A stretch of 64,000 bases of DNA, from the NCBI GenBank assembly GCA_963666565.1, contig OY762911.1:3360001-3424000 (forward strand), given 5' to 3'. Each line of letters begins with the position of its first letter. Positions within the stretch are counted from its first letter, which is position 1. Below the pieces are notes generated by a model, which was given only the letters and a program-made list of their open reading frames with translations, had not been told where the DNA came from and ran no database searches. Below, in pieces: positions 17,173-31,833 of this stretch. The DNA is from Thermoanaerobaculia bacterium (GTDB lineage: Bacteria; Acidobacteriota; Thermoanaerobaculia; Multivoradales; Multivoraceae). Both the position numbers and the translations under genes were made by a program.

Positions 17173-19572
17173 CTACGGCCGGCAACTGTCCGCGAACGCC
17201 TCGCCGTCGGTGATCGCCGGCGCGGGCTGGCCGGGCTCGTTGCGGTACTCCCTGACCGCACCGGAAACGGAGTCGCGGACGCGAATCGAGTAACCGAGGT
17301 CCGTGGTCGACGCGCCGAAGACCCAGACATGGCCGTTGATCGCGCAGCCGTCCAGGACCTTGACGAGGATCTCCCAGTTCGTCTCGTCCAGGAAGAAGAA
17401 CAGGCCGGAGTCGTCGGCGCCGAAGTCGACCACCTGGGCGGCCTCCGGCGCCCCGCCGTCCGTCCACCATCCGGCGCGAACCTCGAAGCGGCCGTCGAGC
17501 AGGCAGAGGGTCTCCGCGCCCGGCTCGCAGGGGCCCAGGACCGGCGGATCGGGCTCGGGTTCGGGATCGGGATCGGGTGGATCGGGATCGGGCGGCGGAT
17601 CGGGAGGCGGCGGATCGGGCGGTGGCGGCGACGGCAGCGCCGGCACGGACGCGTTGACGCAGCCCGACTCGATCCACGTCTCCCACGCGGTCTCGACCCG
17701 GGGGATCTGGCGCGCCGTGTACGCCTCGAACTCGTCGTACCTGCCCTGGCGCATCAGCGGCAGGATCCTGTCGACGAAGGGGCGCCAGTTCTCCATCAGG
17801 AAGCGGATCGCGATGTGCCGCTGGTTGTAGCTGGTGGGAATCGAGCCGGAGCGCAGCATCGTGTCGGTCAGGGAGTGGGTCGACTCGCAGTATCCCTTGC
17901 CGTGGTGGTACTCGGTCACCGTGTTCGCGAAGTACTCCGCGATCCCTTCGATCCAGCCGTGGTGCGCCGGATCCTCGGAGTAGCCCCCGTGACGGTTGTA
18001 GCGGCCGTCCAGGTGGTGCGCGTACTCGTGCTCGAAGTTCCAGATCGCCAGCTCCGGGTCGATCAGCGGGTCGCCGGGCTCCTTCTCGGTCAGTACGGCA
18101 ACCGACCCGGGAGCGTCCGGCTCTCCCTCGTAGAAGATGCCGCTGCAGGAATCGAAGAAGCCGGCCGCCCACTCCATGTCCTCGCACGAAGCGCCGTCGG
18201 TGAAGACGAAGAAATCGAGGTGCGCGTTGGCGTCGTCCGGCACCGGCGTGCAGCGGGTCTCGAACATCGACGCGAACGCACGGCTGTGATCGTTCAGCCG
18301 GCGGCAGGCGGCGCCGAGTTCGCCGGCGTCCAGGTCCTGCGAGTGAACGGCGACGGTGTCGCCGGCGCAGAAGTTGACCGTGCAGGAGCGTCGCTCGGAG
18401 AACAGCTCCCGCCGGAACCGGGCCTCGAAGCCGCCGCCCGCGTACCAGTCGCACAACCCGTAGCGCGTGCAGTTCGCCGGGTCGCCGACGTGAATCTCGC
18501 CGACCACGCGAAGCCAGATCGTCTTCTCGTGCTCGCCGCCGTGGTAGCGGTCCCGAATCGACCGCACGACCGCCGGCAGGCGGCCGTAGTTGGCCGTGCC
18601 CCGATACAGGCTGAATCGAGCCACTTCCAGGGCGGCGCGTTCCATGATGCGCTGGGAACGCGACCCCAGCCACGCCGGATCGAGGACGAAGTCCCGGAGA
18701 GCGTCGAACAGGGCGTCGTCGCCGCCGAAGCGGGGACCGAACCTCTCCGGCCGGCTGTGACCCCAATAGGCGATGTCCAGGATCCGCTCCATTGCGTCGC
18801 GGAACACCTCGGACGAAGCGTAGCCATCGTCCCAGGCGTTCAGCCAGCGGGCGATCACGTGCAGATAGAGTTCCTGCAGCGGGAACTCCAGCATCGCCAC
18901 CGCGACGCAGTCCAGGGCGATCCCGTGCTGCTGGCCGCGGCTCACGAACAGAGGGTGGGCGACGAACGCGTCGAACGCGCCCCGGACCGCCTCGCCCGCC
19001 AGCGAGCCGGCCTCAAGGGGGTACGCCTCGGCGTTCTCCCAGACGGCGCCGTCGCACCTCTTCCGCTCGCGGCACCAGTGGTGGATATCGCGCACCTTCC
19101 TGAGGTACAGGAACAGGGCGTAGACCTCCTGCTTGGGCCGGTTGCCGTCCGCGTAGGACGACATCAACCCGGGGATCGCCCGGGCGACGTCCACCACGCG
19201 ATCCTGGCTGGAGACGGCGAACTGGACCTCCGGCCGGTCGCCGATCCACTCCAGATCGCTGATGCAGTGCTCGTCGGCGCTCCGCACGGCATTGACGAGA
19301 GCGTCGCCCGAGGACGTCTCGACCAGCCGGTAGAACTCGTCGCAGGCGCCCGTGTGGACCGCGGCGGTCACGCGCTCCGGCTTGCCGGTCCTGAGCAGCG
19401 GACTCCGCCGGTCCGGCTCCACGATCGCGCGCCGGCTGTCCAGTGGGCGGGAGACTCCCTCCGCGCCGTTGCCATCGCGCCGGGTCTCCTCAGCCGCGCC
19501 GCCGAGCGACGGTACGAACGCGACGCCGGCGAGGACGGCGGTCGCCGCGATCCTGCGCGCACGCATCGTCAT
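17173..19572 (-). CDS. Secreted M9 family (microbial collagenase-like) metallopeptidase with Pro-rich linker and C-terminal extracellular domain
   Basis: Signal peptide; IWNFEHEYAHHLDGRYN and WIEGIAEY match M9 zinc ligands; PPPDP linker. Confidence 0.85.
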   Translation of the reverse strand: MTMRARRIAATAVLAGVAFVPSLGGAAEETRRDGNGAEGVSRPLDSRRAIVEPDRRSPLLRTGKPERVTAAVHTGACDEFYRLVETSSGDALVNAVRSADEHCISDLEWIGDRPEVQFAVSSQDRVVDVARAIPGLMSSYADGNRPKQEVYALFLYLRKVRDIHHWCRERKRCDGAVWENAEAYPLEAGSLAGEAVRGAFDAFVAHPLFVSRGQQHGIALDCVAVAMLEFPLQELYLHVIARWLNAWDDGYASSEVFRDAMERILDIAYWGHSRPERFGPRFGGDDALFDALRDFVLDPAWLGSRSQRIMERAALEVARFSLYRGTANYGRLPAVVRSIRDRYHGGEHEKTIWLRVVGEIHVGDPANCTRYGLCDWYAGGGFEARFRRELFSERRSCTVNFCAGDTVAVHSQDLDAGELGAACRRLNDHSRAFASMFETRCTPVPDDANAHLDFFVFTDGASCEDMEWAAGFFDSCSGIFYEGEPDAPGSVAVLTEKEPGDPLIDPELAIWNFEHEYAHHLDGRYNRHGGYSEDPAHHGWIEGIAEYFANTVTEYHHGKGYCESTHSLTDTMLRSGSIPTSYNQRHIAIRFLMENWRPFVDRILPLMRQGRYDEFEAYTARQIPRVETAWETWIESGCVNASVPALPSPPPPDPPPPDPPPDPDPPDPDPEPEPDPPVLGPCEPGAETLCLLDGRFEVRAGWWTDGGAPEAAQVVDFGADDSGLFFFLDETNWEILVKVLDGCAINGHVWVFGASTTDLGYSIRVRDSVSGAVREYRNEPGQPAPAITDGEAFADSCRP

Positions 19573-19653
19573 CGAACAACGCTACTCCGATCTCCGGCCC
19601 GAACCAAGCCGCTTCGCGGCCGCGTACCGGGCCTTCCGGCCTCGGCGACCGCC

Positions 19654-20469
19654 TCACGCCTCGACGACTTCGCCCGAGGCGATCGTGCGGAGGCCGGCCG
19701 GCGTCTCCAGCCGGAAGCGGCCGCCGGTGTCGAAGCCGGCGAACCGGCCCGCGACCGTCTCGCCGCCGATCCGGCAGCTCACTTCGTCTCCCTCGCGGTG
19801 GACGGTACACGCCCGGTAGGCGTCGAGGGTGTACGCCAGGTCGCCGCAGCGGCGCAACTCGCGTTCGAGCGAACGGGCCAGGCGCTCGACCGCGGCCGCC
19901 CGCGACGGCGGAGCGTCCGTTTCCAGCGCCAGCGAGGTCGATACCGGGGTCGGGAGCTCGCCGGCGGCGCCGAAGTCGTAGTTCACGCCGAAGCCGATCA
20001 CGGCGGCCATCTCGCCGTTGCCGCCCGCAACCGTCTCGATCAGGACGCCGGCGATCTTCCGGCCGCCGACCAGCACGTCGTTCGGCCACTTGAGCAGCGC
20101 TTCGCCGTCGATCAGCGCCGCGACGGCCCGGCAGACGCCGACGCCGACCAGCAGGGGCAAGGTTCCGAGCTGGTCCTCCAGCGAGCCGCGGCCGACCGGC
20201 AGCGGCTGCAGCCAGGTGCAGTAGAGGCCGCGCCCCGCCGAACTGACCCAGGAACGGCCCTGGCGCCCTCTGCCCGCGGTTTGCTCGTTCGCCACGACGA
20301 AGGCCGTGCGCGGGGTCGTTTCATCCGCGAAGAACCGGTCGATGACGTTCTTGACGAAGCGGTTCGTCGAGTCGACCGTGTTCATCAGCACGAGGTTCTC
20401 GGGCAGGTGCCGCGAGCGGGCGCGGAGTGCGCGAGCAAGGTCGTCGAAGGTTGTGGAGGAGTTGGGCAT
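19654..20469 (-). CDS. birA: Biotin-[acetyl-CoA-carboxylase] ligase (no HTH)
   Basis: DSTN, QTAGRGRQGRSW, LKWPNDV, KIAGVL. Confidence 0.93.
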   Translation of the reverse strand: MPNSSTTFDDLARALRARSRHLPENLVLMNTVDSTNRFVKNVIDRFFADETTPRTAFVVANEQTAGRGRQGRSWVSSAGRGLYCTWLQPLPVGRGSLEDQLGTLPLLVGVGVCRAVAALIDGEALLKWPNDVLVGGRKIAGVLIETVAGGNGEMAAVIGFGVNYDFGAAGELPTPVSTSLALETDAPPSRAAAVERLARSLERELRRCGDLAYTLDAYRACTVHREGDEVSCRIGGETVAGRFAGFDTGGRFRLETPAGLRTIASGEVVEA

Positions 20470-20504
20470 GCGGGGCGAATTCTACCCGGATGCGGGTCGG
20501 AACC

Positions 20505-20595
20505 CTGGTGGCGCGTCCGCGCGCCACCAGCGTCACAGTCCGAGCGCCCGGCCGCGGGCGGTCGGATGTCAGACCCGCGCACCCAGCGCACCCAG
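20505..20595. repeat. Hairpin plus degenerate family B REP-like unit
   Basis: CTGGTGGCGCG-N4-CGCGCCACCAG at 20505-20530; AGACCCGCGCACCCAG at 20571-20586 followed by a second CGCACCCAG. Confidence 0.65.
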
Positions 20596-20605
20596 GGCGC
20601 GCCGG

Positions 20606-23334
<2,729 letters not shown>

Positions 23335-23338
<4 letters not shown>

Positions 23339-23756
23339 GGCGACTCCGACGCCAGCCGGCGGTTGAGATACTCGACGATCGCCCCGGTGCTGGAGCCCGG
23401 CGGAAAGACCTCGTCCACCCCGGCGGCCCTGAGCCCCTCGACGTCGGCGTCGGGGACGATGCCGCCGGCGAACACCAGCACGTCGTCCGCCCCGGCCGCG
23501 CGCAGGCCCTCGACCACCTCCGGCAGCAGGGTGTTGTGGGCGCCGGAGAGGATCGACAGGCCGACCGCCCGCACGTCTTCCTGGACGGCGGCGGAGACGA
23601 TCTGCTCCGGGGTCTTCCGCAGGCCGGTGTAGATCACCTCGAAACCCGCGTCGCGCAACGCGCGCGCCACCACCTTGGCGCCGCGGTCGTGGCCGTCCAG
23701 CCCCGGCTTGGCGACCAGGATCCGGTGCGGCGCCGCCGCGCCGGGACGCCCGGCGG

Positions 23757-23760
<4 letters not shown>
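23335..23760 (-). CDS. Cobalamin B12-binding domain (methylmalonyl-CoA mutase small subunit-like)
   Basis: [27 protein letters not shown]. Confidence 0.92.
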
Positions 23761-25124
<1,364 letters not shown>

Positions 25125-25146
25125 GGAACCTGTCTCCGCCGGTACG

Positions 25147-26655
25147 TCAGGGTACTTCGATGACCGCGAAGAGCCGCTGTCCGCCGGGAGCGAGCGCCTC
25201 GACCCGGACGAGGGCGCCGGTCTCGAGATCGGCCGCGGCCTCCTCCAGATCGTCCAGATTCTCGACGGCGGCGGCGTTGATCCCGACGATCACGAACCCC
25301 TCCCGAAAGCCCTCCTCCGCGAACACGCTGCGAGCGGAGATCCCGGACACGAAGACGCCGCGCTGCCGGCGGTCCAACTGGAGCCGCTGGCGCAACGACG
25401 AGGTCAGAGGCTGGAGTTCCAGACCGAGCCAGTCCATGCTCTCCTCGCGCGGCGGAGCGGGCTCGGGTTCGGCCTGCTGCGCGACCATGGACGGCCGCTC
25501 CTCGAGCCTGACCTCGAGTTCCAGCTCTTCCCCATCGCGGAGAACCCGTAGGCCCACCTCGGCGCCCGGCGGGAAGGAGGCCACGTAGTCGATCAGATCC
25601 CGGGTGTTGACGACCTCGTGGTCGTTCACGCCGAGGATGACGTCCCCGGCCTCGACGCCGGCCTTCTCGGCCGGCGTGTCCTCGACGACGTCCTGCACCT
25701 GCGCCCCGTGCGGCTCGTCGAGCCCGTAGTACCGGGCCTCCCGGTGGCTCAGGTTCCGAATCGAGACGCCCAGATAGCCGCGCCTGACGCGCCCTTCGTC
25801 GCGCAACTGCGGAAGCACCGTCTCGAGGACGTCCACCGGCACGGCGAAGCCGATGTTCTCGGCGAACGCCTTGCCGGTCGCGATCCCGACCACCTCCCCC
25901 GCCGTGTTGACCAGGGGACCGCCCGAGTTGCCCAGGTTGATCGCGGCGTCCGTCTGGATGTAGTTCGCGAAATCGGCCCGGTTGTTCTCGATCGGAATCG
26001 ACCGCCCCTTGGCGCTGACAACGCCGACCGTCACCGACGCCTCGAAGTTCAGGGGGTTGCCGACCGCCATGACCCAGTCGCCGACCCGGAGCGCCTCGGA
26101 GTCGCCGAGCGGCAGATGGGGGAGGTCCTCGCCGGCGTCGATCTTCAGCAGGGCGAGGTCCGTCTCCTGGTCGCGGCCCTTCACCACGGCCGGGTACTCG
26201 CGGCCGTCCATGCCGACGTTGATCCTCTCCGCGCGGTCGATGACGTGGTTGTTCGTGACGATCCACCCGTCCGCCGTGATCAGGAAGCCGCTTCCGGCGC
26301 CCGGAAAACGCTGCTCCTCCGGCTCGGACTGCGGTTGCCTCGGCAGGCGGCGAAAGAAGTCCTGCGGGATCGGGAGGTCCGGCGCCTCCTCGATGCGGAC
26401 GACGTCGACGGTCACGACCGCCGGCAGCACCGCGTCGGCCAGGTCGGCGAAGCTCTCGATCGCCGCGCCGGCGTGGCGCTCGACCCGCCTGGCCTGCTCG
26501 CTCCGGGAGTCCTTCTCGGCGGGCAGCGCCGCCCGGGACGTCTCTTCGGCCCGCGTGGGCGCCGTCAGGTTCAGCCCGCCGGCGACGATCATGCCGAACG
26601 CCACGGCGCCGAGGACCAGGACGGCGGTGAGGAGTATCTGGTTCTTCGTGTTCAT
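25147..26655 (-). CDS. HtrA/DegP family serine protease with two PDZ domains
   Basis: TNNHV, DLALLK and GNSGGP catalytic triad motifs; N-terminal TM/signal. Confidence 0.93.
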   Translation of the reverse strand: MNTKNQILLTAVLVLGAVAFGMIVAGGLNLTAPTRAEETSRAALPAEKDSRSEQARRVERHAGAAIESFADLADAVLPAVVTVDVVRIEEAPDLPIPQDFFRRLPRQPQSEPEEQRFPGAGSGFLITADGWIVTNNHVIDRAERINVGMDGREYPAVVKGRDQETDLALLKIDAGEDLPHLPLGDSEALRVGDWVMAVGNPLNFEASVTVGVVSAKGRSIPIENNRADFANYIQTDAAINLGNSGGPLVNTAGEVVGIATGKAFAENIGFAVPVDVLETVLPQLRDEGRVRRGYLGVSIRNLSHREARYYGLDEPHGAQVQDVVEDTPAEKAGVEAGDVILGVNDHEVVNTRDLIDYVASFPPGAEVGLRVLRDGEELELEVRLEERPSMVAQQAEPEPAPPREESMDWLGLELQPLTSSLRQRLQLDRRQRGVFVSGISARSVFAEEGFREGFVIVGINAAAVENLDDLEEAAADLETGALVRVEALAPGGQRLFAVIEVP

Positions 26656-26767
26656 TGTCGCAAGTTCCTGTTCTTGAATGGGAAGCAGGCGCCGCGCCGG
26701 AGCGGCACCTTGAAGCATACAACCGCGATCCGCCCCTCACATTCCCGCGCGGACGCCCGCGGGCAGG

Positions 26768-26796
26768 TTGCCGGGCCTGTCGGACGGTTGTATAGT
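26768..26796 (+). promoter_or_regulatory. Putative sigma70 promoter of the rimP-nusA-infB operon
   Basis: TTGCCG-N17-TATAGT. Confidence 0.6.
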
Positions 26797-26892
26797 CGGC
26801 GTCCGACTGCCGGCGCTTCTCCCCGAAGCGGGACCGTCTCCGAAGCGAAGACGGTCCGCGGCCCAGCGCCGGAGACCGGCTGTCGGCTCCTG

Positions 26893-26921
26893 AGAGTGGG
26901 TGCTTCGGCCCGCTCTTTTTT
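26893..26921 (+). promoter_or_regulatory. rimP leader hairpin / attenuator-like terminator
   Basis: AGAGTGGG...CCCGCTCT followed by a T run, the motif commonly seen upstream of rimP. Confidence 0.7.
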
Positions 26922-27064
26922 GTTTCAAGAGACCGCGCACTCCAGCGAGAACCGACCTCCCGTACCGCATGACCTCTCTCGAACCTGCCAGCGAACGTCC
27001 GGCGCCGGTCCGCGCGGCAACGGCCGCACCGGCGCGGGGACCGCGGCGCGACGCGGGCAACCCG

Positions 27065-27520
27065 ATGGACGCCGATCTCCTTCGCCGACTCGAGCGCCTG
27101 GCCGCGAGCCACGCCTGCGAGCTGCTGGAGGCCCGGTTCCGGGGCGGCCGGCTGCGCCTCGTGATCGACCACCCCGAGGGCGTCACCCACGAGCTTTGCG
27201 CGGAGATCTCGAGGGAGGCGTCCGTGCTGCTCGACGCCGAGGACTTCGGTCCCGCTTCCGGCTACGTGCTGGAGGTCAGTTCGCCGGGACTCGACCGGGA
27301 GCTCTACGGCGCTCGGGACTACGAGCGCTTCGCGGGCAGGCGCGTCCGGGTCACCTGGGCCGACGCCGGGACCGGCCGCCGGCGCACGGTGCGCGGCGAA
27401 CTCCTGGGCCCGAGCCCGGACGATCCGGGCATCGCGCTCATCCTCGAGGACGACAGCGGCGACACGCTCCGCCTCGCCATCGACAGCATCCGCAAGACCA
27501 GGCTTCTGGTCGAACTCTGA
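27065..27520 (+). CDS. rimP: Ribosome maturation factor RimP
   Basis: YVLEVSSPGLDR motif, upstream of nusA; alternative start 26969. Confidence 0.9.
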   Translation: MDADLLRRLERLAASHACELLEARFRGGRLRLVIDHPEGVTHELCAEISREASVLLDAEDFGPASGYVLEVSSPGLDRELYGARDYERFAGRRVRVTWADAGTGRRRTVRGELLGPSPDDPGIALILEDDSGDTLRLAIDSIRKTRLLVEL

Positions 27521-27537
27521 CGCCGGGGATTCCACGC

Positions 27538-28995
27538 ATGGCTCAGACCCACACTCCCGAAGTGAACATCAACGAAGTTCTCAGGCAGGTCGCCCACGAG
27601 AAGGATATCGACCTGGACAAGTGGATCGTCGCGCTCGAGGACGCCGTCGCCTCGGCGGCCAAGAAGCAGCACCACATCAAGGAACCCGTGCGCTCCTACA
27701 TGGACCGCGAGACCGGCCAGTTCAGCGCCTTCCTCTACCGCCAGGTAGTCGAGGAGGTCGAGGACCCCCAGGCCGAATGGACGCTCGAGGAGGCCCGCGA
27801 GCACAAGGAGGACGCCGAGCTGGGCGAGGAGATCGAGATTCCCATCTCGACCGAAGGCCTCGGGCGGATCGCGGCACAGTCGGCCAAGCAGGTGCTCTAC
27901 CAGCGCATCCGCGAAGCGGAACGCGAGAAGATCTTCAACGAGTTCGAGCACCGGGTCGGCGAAGTCGTGAACGGCACCGTGCGGCGGTTCGAGCGGGGGG
28001 ACATCATCGTCGACCTGGGCCGGACCGAGGCGATCGTCCCGCGCAGCGAGCAGTCCCGCCACGAGCGCTACAGCCAGGGCGAGCGGATCCGCGGCGTGAT
28101 CGTCGAGGTGCACAAGCTGCCCAAGGGGCCGCAGGTCGTCATGTCGCGGACCGATCCGCGCCTCCTGGTCAAGCTGTTCGAGATGGAGGTGCCCGAGATC
28201 TACGACGGCACGGTCGTCATCAAGACCGCGGTCCGGGCGCCCGGCGAGCGCGCGAAGGTCGCCGTGCTGAGCCGGGAGCGGGACGTCGACCCGGTCGGCG
28301 CCTGCGTCGGCATGAAGGGTTCCCGCGTGCAGTCGATCATCCGCGAGCTGCGCGGCGAGAAGATCGACATCATCGAGTACTCGGAGGACCAGGTGACGTT
28401 CGCGCAGAGCGCCCTGGCGCCGGCGCGGATCACTCGGGTGTCGGTGACCCACGAGGGGGCAACGCCGCACCTGGACGTGATCGTCGAGGACGAGCAGTTG
28501 TCCCTGGCGATCGGCAAGCGCGGGCAGAACGTGCGGCTCGCGAGCGAACTGATCGGCGCCCGCATCGACATCAAGAGCGAAACGGACGTCAAGGACGAGG
28601 TCGCCGACGCGCTGGCGAAGATGCTGAACGTGGACCTCGGCGCGGACAAGCTCGACCTCACGGAGATTTCCGGCGTCGACGGGAACGTGGCCGCGGCCCT
28701 GGAAAGCGCCGGCTTCGGCGAGATCGAGGCGCTGCGGAACGCGGGCGCGCAGGCGCTGACGATGGTGCCCGGCGTCGACGACGCGCTGGCCGCTTCGATC
28801 GTCGAGTGGGCCGCGGAACAGGCCCCGGACGAGGCCGCCGGCGCGGCGCCGGAGGGAGAGGCCCCCCCGATGGACGAAGACGACTTCATGGCCGCGCTCA
28901 CCCGGGTGTTCGACGAGGAATCCGGCGCCGCCGCCGAAGACGCGCCGGACGAGGCGCGGGCGGGCGGCGAAGAGACGGGGAGCGGCGGCGCCTAG
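27538..28995 (+). CDS. nusA: Transcription termination factor NusA
   Basis: [40 protein letters not shown]. Confidence 0.97.
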   Translation: MAQTHTPEVNINEVLRQVAHEKDIDLDKWIVALEDAVASAAKKQHHIKEPVRSYMDRETGQFSAFLYRQVVEEVEDPQAEWTLEEAREHKEDAELGEEIEIPISTEGLGRIAAQSAKQVLYQRIREAEREKIFNEFEHRVGEVVNGTVRRFERGDIIVDLGRTEAIVPRSEQSRHERYSQGERIRGVIVEVHKLPKGPQVVMSRTDPRLLVKLFEMEVPEIYDGTVVIKTAVRAPGERAKVAVLSRERDVDPVGACVGMKGSRVQSIIRELRGEKIDIIEYSEDQVTFAQSALAPARITRVSVTHEGATPHLDVIVEDEQLSLAIGKRGQNVRLASELIGARIDIKSETDVKDEVADALAKMLNVDLGADKLDLTEISGVDGNVAAALESAGFGEIEALRNAGAQALTMVPGVDDALAASIVEWAAEQAPDEAAGAAPEGEAPPMDEDDFMAALTRVFDEESGAAAEDAPDEARAGGEETGSGGA

Positions 28996-29051
28996 GGCTC
29001 GCCGAGTCGGACGAGCGCGTCGACAGGGATACTGGGGGAATCGAGAACTTC

Positions 29052-31481
29052 ATGGCGAAAATCCGGTTGCAGGATCTGGCCAAGCGGATGAACGTGGCCG
29101 AGCAGGACTTGCTGTTCAAGTTCCGTTCGATCGGCGTGCGCGTCGAGGGCGACGACCCGATGATCGACACGGAGATCATCAAGGCCCTGCTCGAGGGCAA
29201 GAAGATCGCCGGGCCGCAGCGCGAGGTCATTCTCCGCGATCGCGCCGCGCCGCCGCCCACGCCCCGGCGGCGGCCGATCTCGAGCCTCCGGCCGCCCGTC
29301 GGGCCGATGCGGCCGAACCGCCGCCGCTCGATCGTCCACAAGCAGACGATCCGCACCCTGACGCCGACGGAGACCAAGCCGAAGCCGCCCACGCCCGAGG
29401 AGATCGCCGCAAAGGAGATCGCCGCCGAGGAAGCTGCAGCGGCCGCGAAGGCGCCCGCACCGGCCCCCGAGGCGCCAGCGACGGCGCCGCCCGCGGCCGC
29501 TCCCGCTCCCGCGACGACGGGGACCGCACCCGCCGCGCCGGACGCGGACACGGCGCAGCCGGCCGCGGAGGCCGCCCCGGCGGTCGAGGCGCCCGCCGCG
29601 TCGGCGACCGCGCCCGCCGCGCCCCGGGTCGACCTGCGGACGCGGCGGGAACGCCAGCAGGAACGGCAGCAGGCCGGCGAGGACGCCGCCGAAGACGCCG
29701 GCCGGCGGGGCACGGTGACGATCTCCGAGGGACTGCAGGTCCGCGACCTGGCCGAGAAGATGGGCGTCAAGTCGAAAGACGTGCTGAAGATGCTGTTCGA
29801 GCGCGGCACGATGGCGACCGTGAACCACCTCGTCGAACCCGAGCTGGCGGTCGAGCTGGCGGAAGGGATGGGCTTCGAGGCTCTCGTCGTCTCGTTCGAG
29901 GAGGAGATCCAGCTCGAACAGGAGGAGGAACTGGAGGCCGCCCGCGAGGACGCCGACGGGCCCGCCCGGGTGGAGCGTCCTCCGATCGTCACGATCATGG
30001 GCCACGTCGACCATGGCAAGACCTCCCTGCTCGACGCGATCCGCAAGTCCCGGCTCACCGAGGGCGAGTTCGGCGGCATCACCCAGCACATCGCCGCCTA
30101 CCAGGTCGAGCACGACGGCGGCCGCATCAGTTTCCTGGACACGCCGGGCCACGAGGCGTTCACCCAGCTCCGGGCGCGCGGAGCGCAGGTCACGGACATC
30201 GTCATCCTGGTCGTCGCCGCCGACGACGGCGTCATGCCGCAGACCCTCGAGGCGCTCGACCACGCCCGCGCCGCGTCCGTGCCGATCCTGGTCGCGATCA
30301 ACAAGATCGACCGGCCGAACGCCAACGTGGACCGGGTCAAGCAGCAGTTGGCCGAGCGCGACCTGGTCACGGAGGACTGGGGCGGCGACGTGATCGCCGT
30401 GCCCGTCTCGGCGATCGAGGGCGACGGCATCGAGGATCTGCTGGAGATGATCAACCTCACCGCGGAGGTCGCCGAGCTGCGCGCCAGTCCCGAACTCCAG
30501 GGCCAGGGCGTCGTGATCGAGGCGAGCAAGGAGACCGGCCGAGGCTCTGTCGCCACGGTCCTGGTCCAGGACGGAACGCTGCGCGTCGGCGACGTCTTCG
30601 TCTGCGGCTCCACGTGGGGCCGGGTCCGGTCGCTGATGAACGACCTGGGCAAGCGGGTGACGGAAGCGCCGCCCTCCGCGCCGGTCGAGGTGTCGGGTTT
30701 CAACGAGCTGCCGGAAGCCGGCGATCCGTTCCAGGCGACCCCCCAGGAGGCGCGCGCGCGCTCCATCGCCGAGTTCCGCAGGGAGGAGAAGCGCCGCATG
30801 GAGCTCGCTCCCACCACAGGCGGCGTCTCGCTGGAGGGCCTGTTCGCGAGCCTGAAGGTGGGCGAGGTCAAGGAGCTGCCCGTCATCCTCAAGGCGGACG
30901 TGCAGGGCTCGGTCGAGGTCCTGCGCGACACCCTCCTGAAGCTCTCCACCGACAAGGTCAAGGTCAACGTCATCCGCTCCGCGGTCGGCGCCGTGACCAC
31001 CCACGACGTCCTGCTGGCCTCCGCCGCCGGGGCGATCATCTACGGCTTCAACGTCCGGCCGGAACGCAGCGCCAGCGATCTCGCCGGCAAGGAAGACGTC
31101 GACGTGCGGCTGCACACCGTCATCTACGAACTGACGGACGAGCTGATCGCGGCGATGACCGGGCTGCTCGAGCCGACCTACCGCGAGGTGTCCCGCGGCC
31201 GCGCCGAGGTGCGCGAGGTGTTCAAGGTGCCGAAGGTCGGCATGGTCGCCGGCTGCCACGTGATCGCCGGCGTCATCGCCCGCAACTCGGAGATCCGTCT
31301 CGTGCGGGACAGCGTCGTCGTCCACGAGGGCCGCATCGGCTCGCTGCGCCGCTTCAAGGACGACACGGCGGAGGTGCGGAGCGGCTTCGACTGCGGCATC
31401 GGCATCGACCGCTACCAGGACGTGAAGCCGGGCGACGTGATCGAGGCCTTCGACCACGAGGCCGTCGCGCCGACCCTCTAG
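29052..31481 (+). CDS. infB: Translation initiation factor IF-2
   Basis: [25 protein letters not shown]. Confidence 0.97.
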   Translation: MAKIRLQDLAKRMNVAEQDLLFKFRSIGVRVEGDDPMIDTEIIKALLEGKKIAGPQREVILRDRAAPPPTPRRRPISSLRPPVGPMRPNRRRSIVHKQTIRTLTPTETKPKPPTPEEIAAKEIAAEEAAAAAKAPAPAPEAPATAPPAAAPAPATTGTAPAAPDADTAQPAAEAAPAVEAPAASATAPAAPRVDLRTRRERQQERQQAGEDAAEDAGRRGTVTISEGLQVRDLAEKMGVKSKDVLKMLFERGTMATVNHLVEPELAVELAEGMGFEALVVSFEEEIQLEQEEELEAAREDADGPARVERPPIVTIMGHVDHGKTSLLDAIRKSRLTEGEFGGITQHIAAYQVEHDGGRISFLDTPGHEAFTQLRARGAQVTDIVILVVAADDGVMPQTLEALDHARAASVPILVAINKIDRPNANVDRVKQQLAERDLVTEDWGGDVIAVPVSAIEGDGIEDLLEMINLTAEVAELRASPELQGQGVVIEASKETGRGSVATVLVQDGTLRVGDVFVCGSTWGRVRSLMNDLGKRVTEAPPSAPVEVSGFNELPEAGDPFQATPQEARARSIAEFRREEKRRMELAPTTGGVSLEGLFASLKVGEVKELPVILKADVQGSVEVLRDTLLKLSTDKVKVNVIRSAVGAVTTHDVLLASAAGAIIYGFNVRPERSASDLAGKEDVDVRLHTVIYELTDELIAAMTGLLEPTYREVSRGRAEVREVFKVPKVGMVAGCHVIAGVIARNSEIRLVRDSVVVHEGRIGSLRRFKDDTAEVRSGFDCGIGIDRYQDVKPGDVIEAFDHEAVAPTL

Positions 31482-31497
31482 CCGGGCCCGTGGCAGC

Positions 31498-31833
31498 GTG
31501 ACGTCCGTATCCCAGGCTCGCGCGCGCGACCTGCTGCACCGGGAGTTGACCGACATCCTCCGGCGCGAGGTCCACGACCCCCGGGCCGCCCTCGCCAGCA
31601 TCGCCGACCTCAGCCTGAGCGCCGACCGCGCGCGGGCCCACGTCCGGCTCTCCGTGCTCGGCGACGAGCCGGAACGCGAGAAGGCGATCCGGGCGGTCCG
31701 TCGCGCGGCCGGCTTCATCCGGCGGCGTCTCGGCCGCCGCCTGCGCCTCCGGCGAACCCCGGAACTCCGCTTCGAGCTCTACCGCGGCGCCGAACACGCC
31801 GAGCGGATCGACCGGCTACTGGGCGACCTGTGA
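31498..31833 (+). CDS. rbfA: 30S ribosome-binding factor A
   Basis: DPR...LSAD...AAGFIRR...LRRTPELRF; position after infB. Confidence 0.88.
   Translation: MTSVSQARARDLLHRELTDILRREVHDPRAALASIADLSLSADRARAHVRLSVLGDEPEREKAIRAVRRAAGFIRRRLGRRLRLRRTPELRFELYRGAEHAERIDRLLGDL

Noticed and set aside
17540-17630. Short tandem GGATCG/GGCGG repeats
   Set aside because: They simply encode the Pro/Asp linker of the collagenase.
25618-27537. Long upstream extensions fused to nusA (and likewise infB, nqrC, larC, radC, speB, kinase) in the ORF track
   Set aside because: Open frames overlapping other genes; real starts are at downstream codons matching family N-termini.
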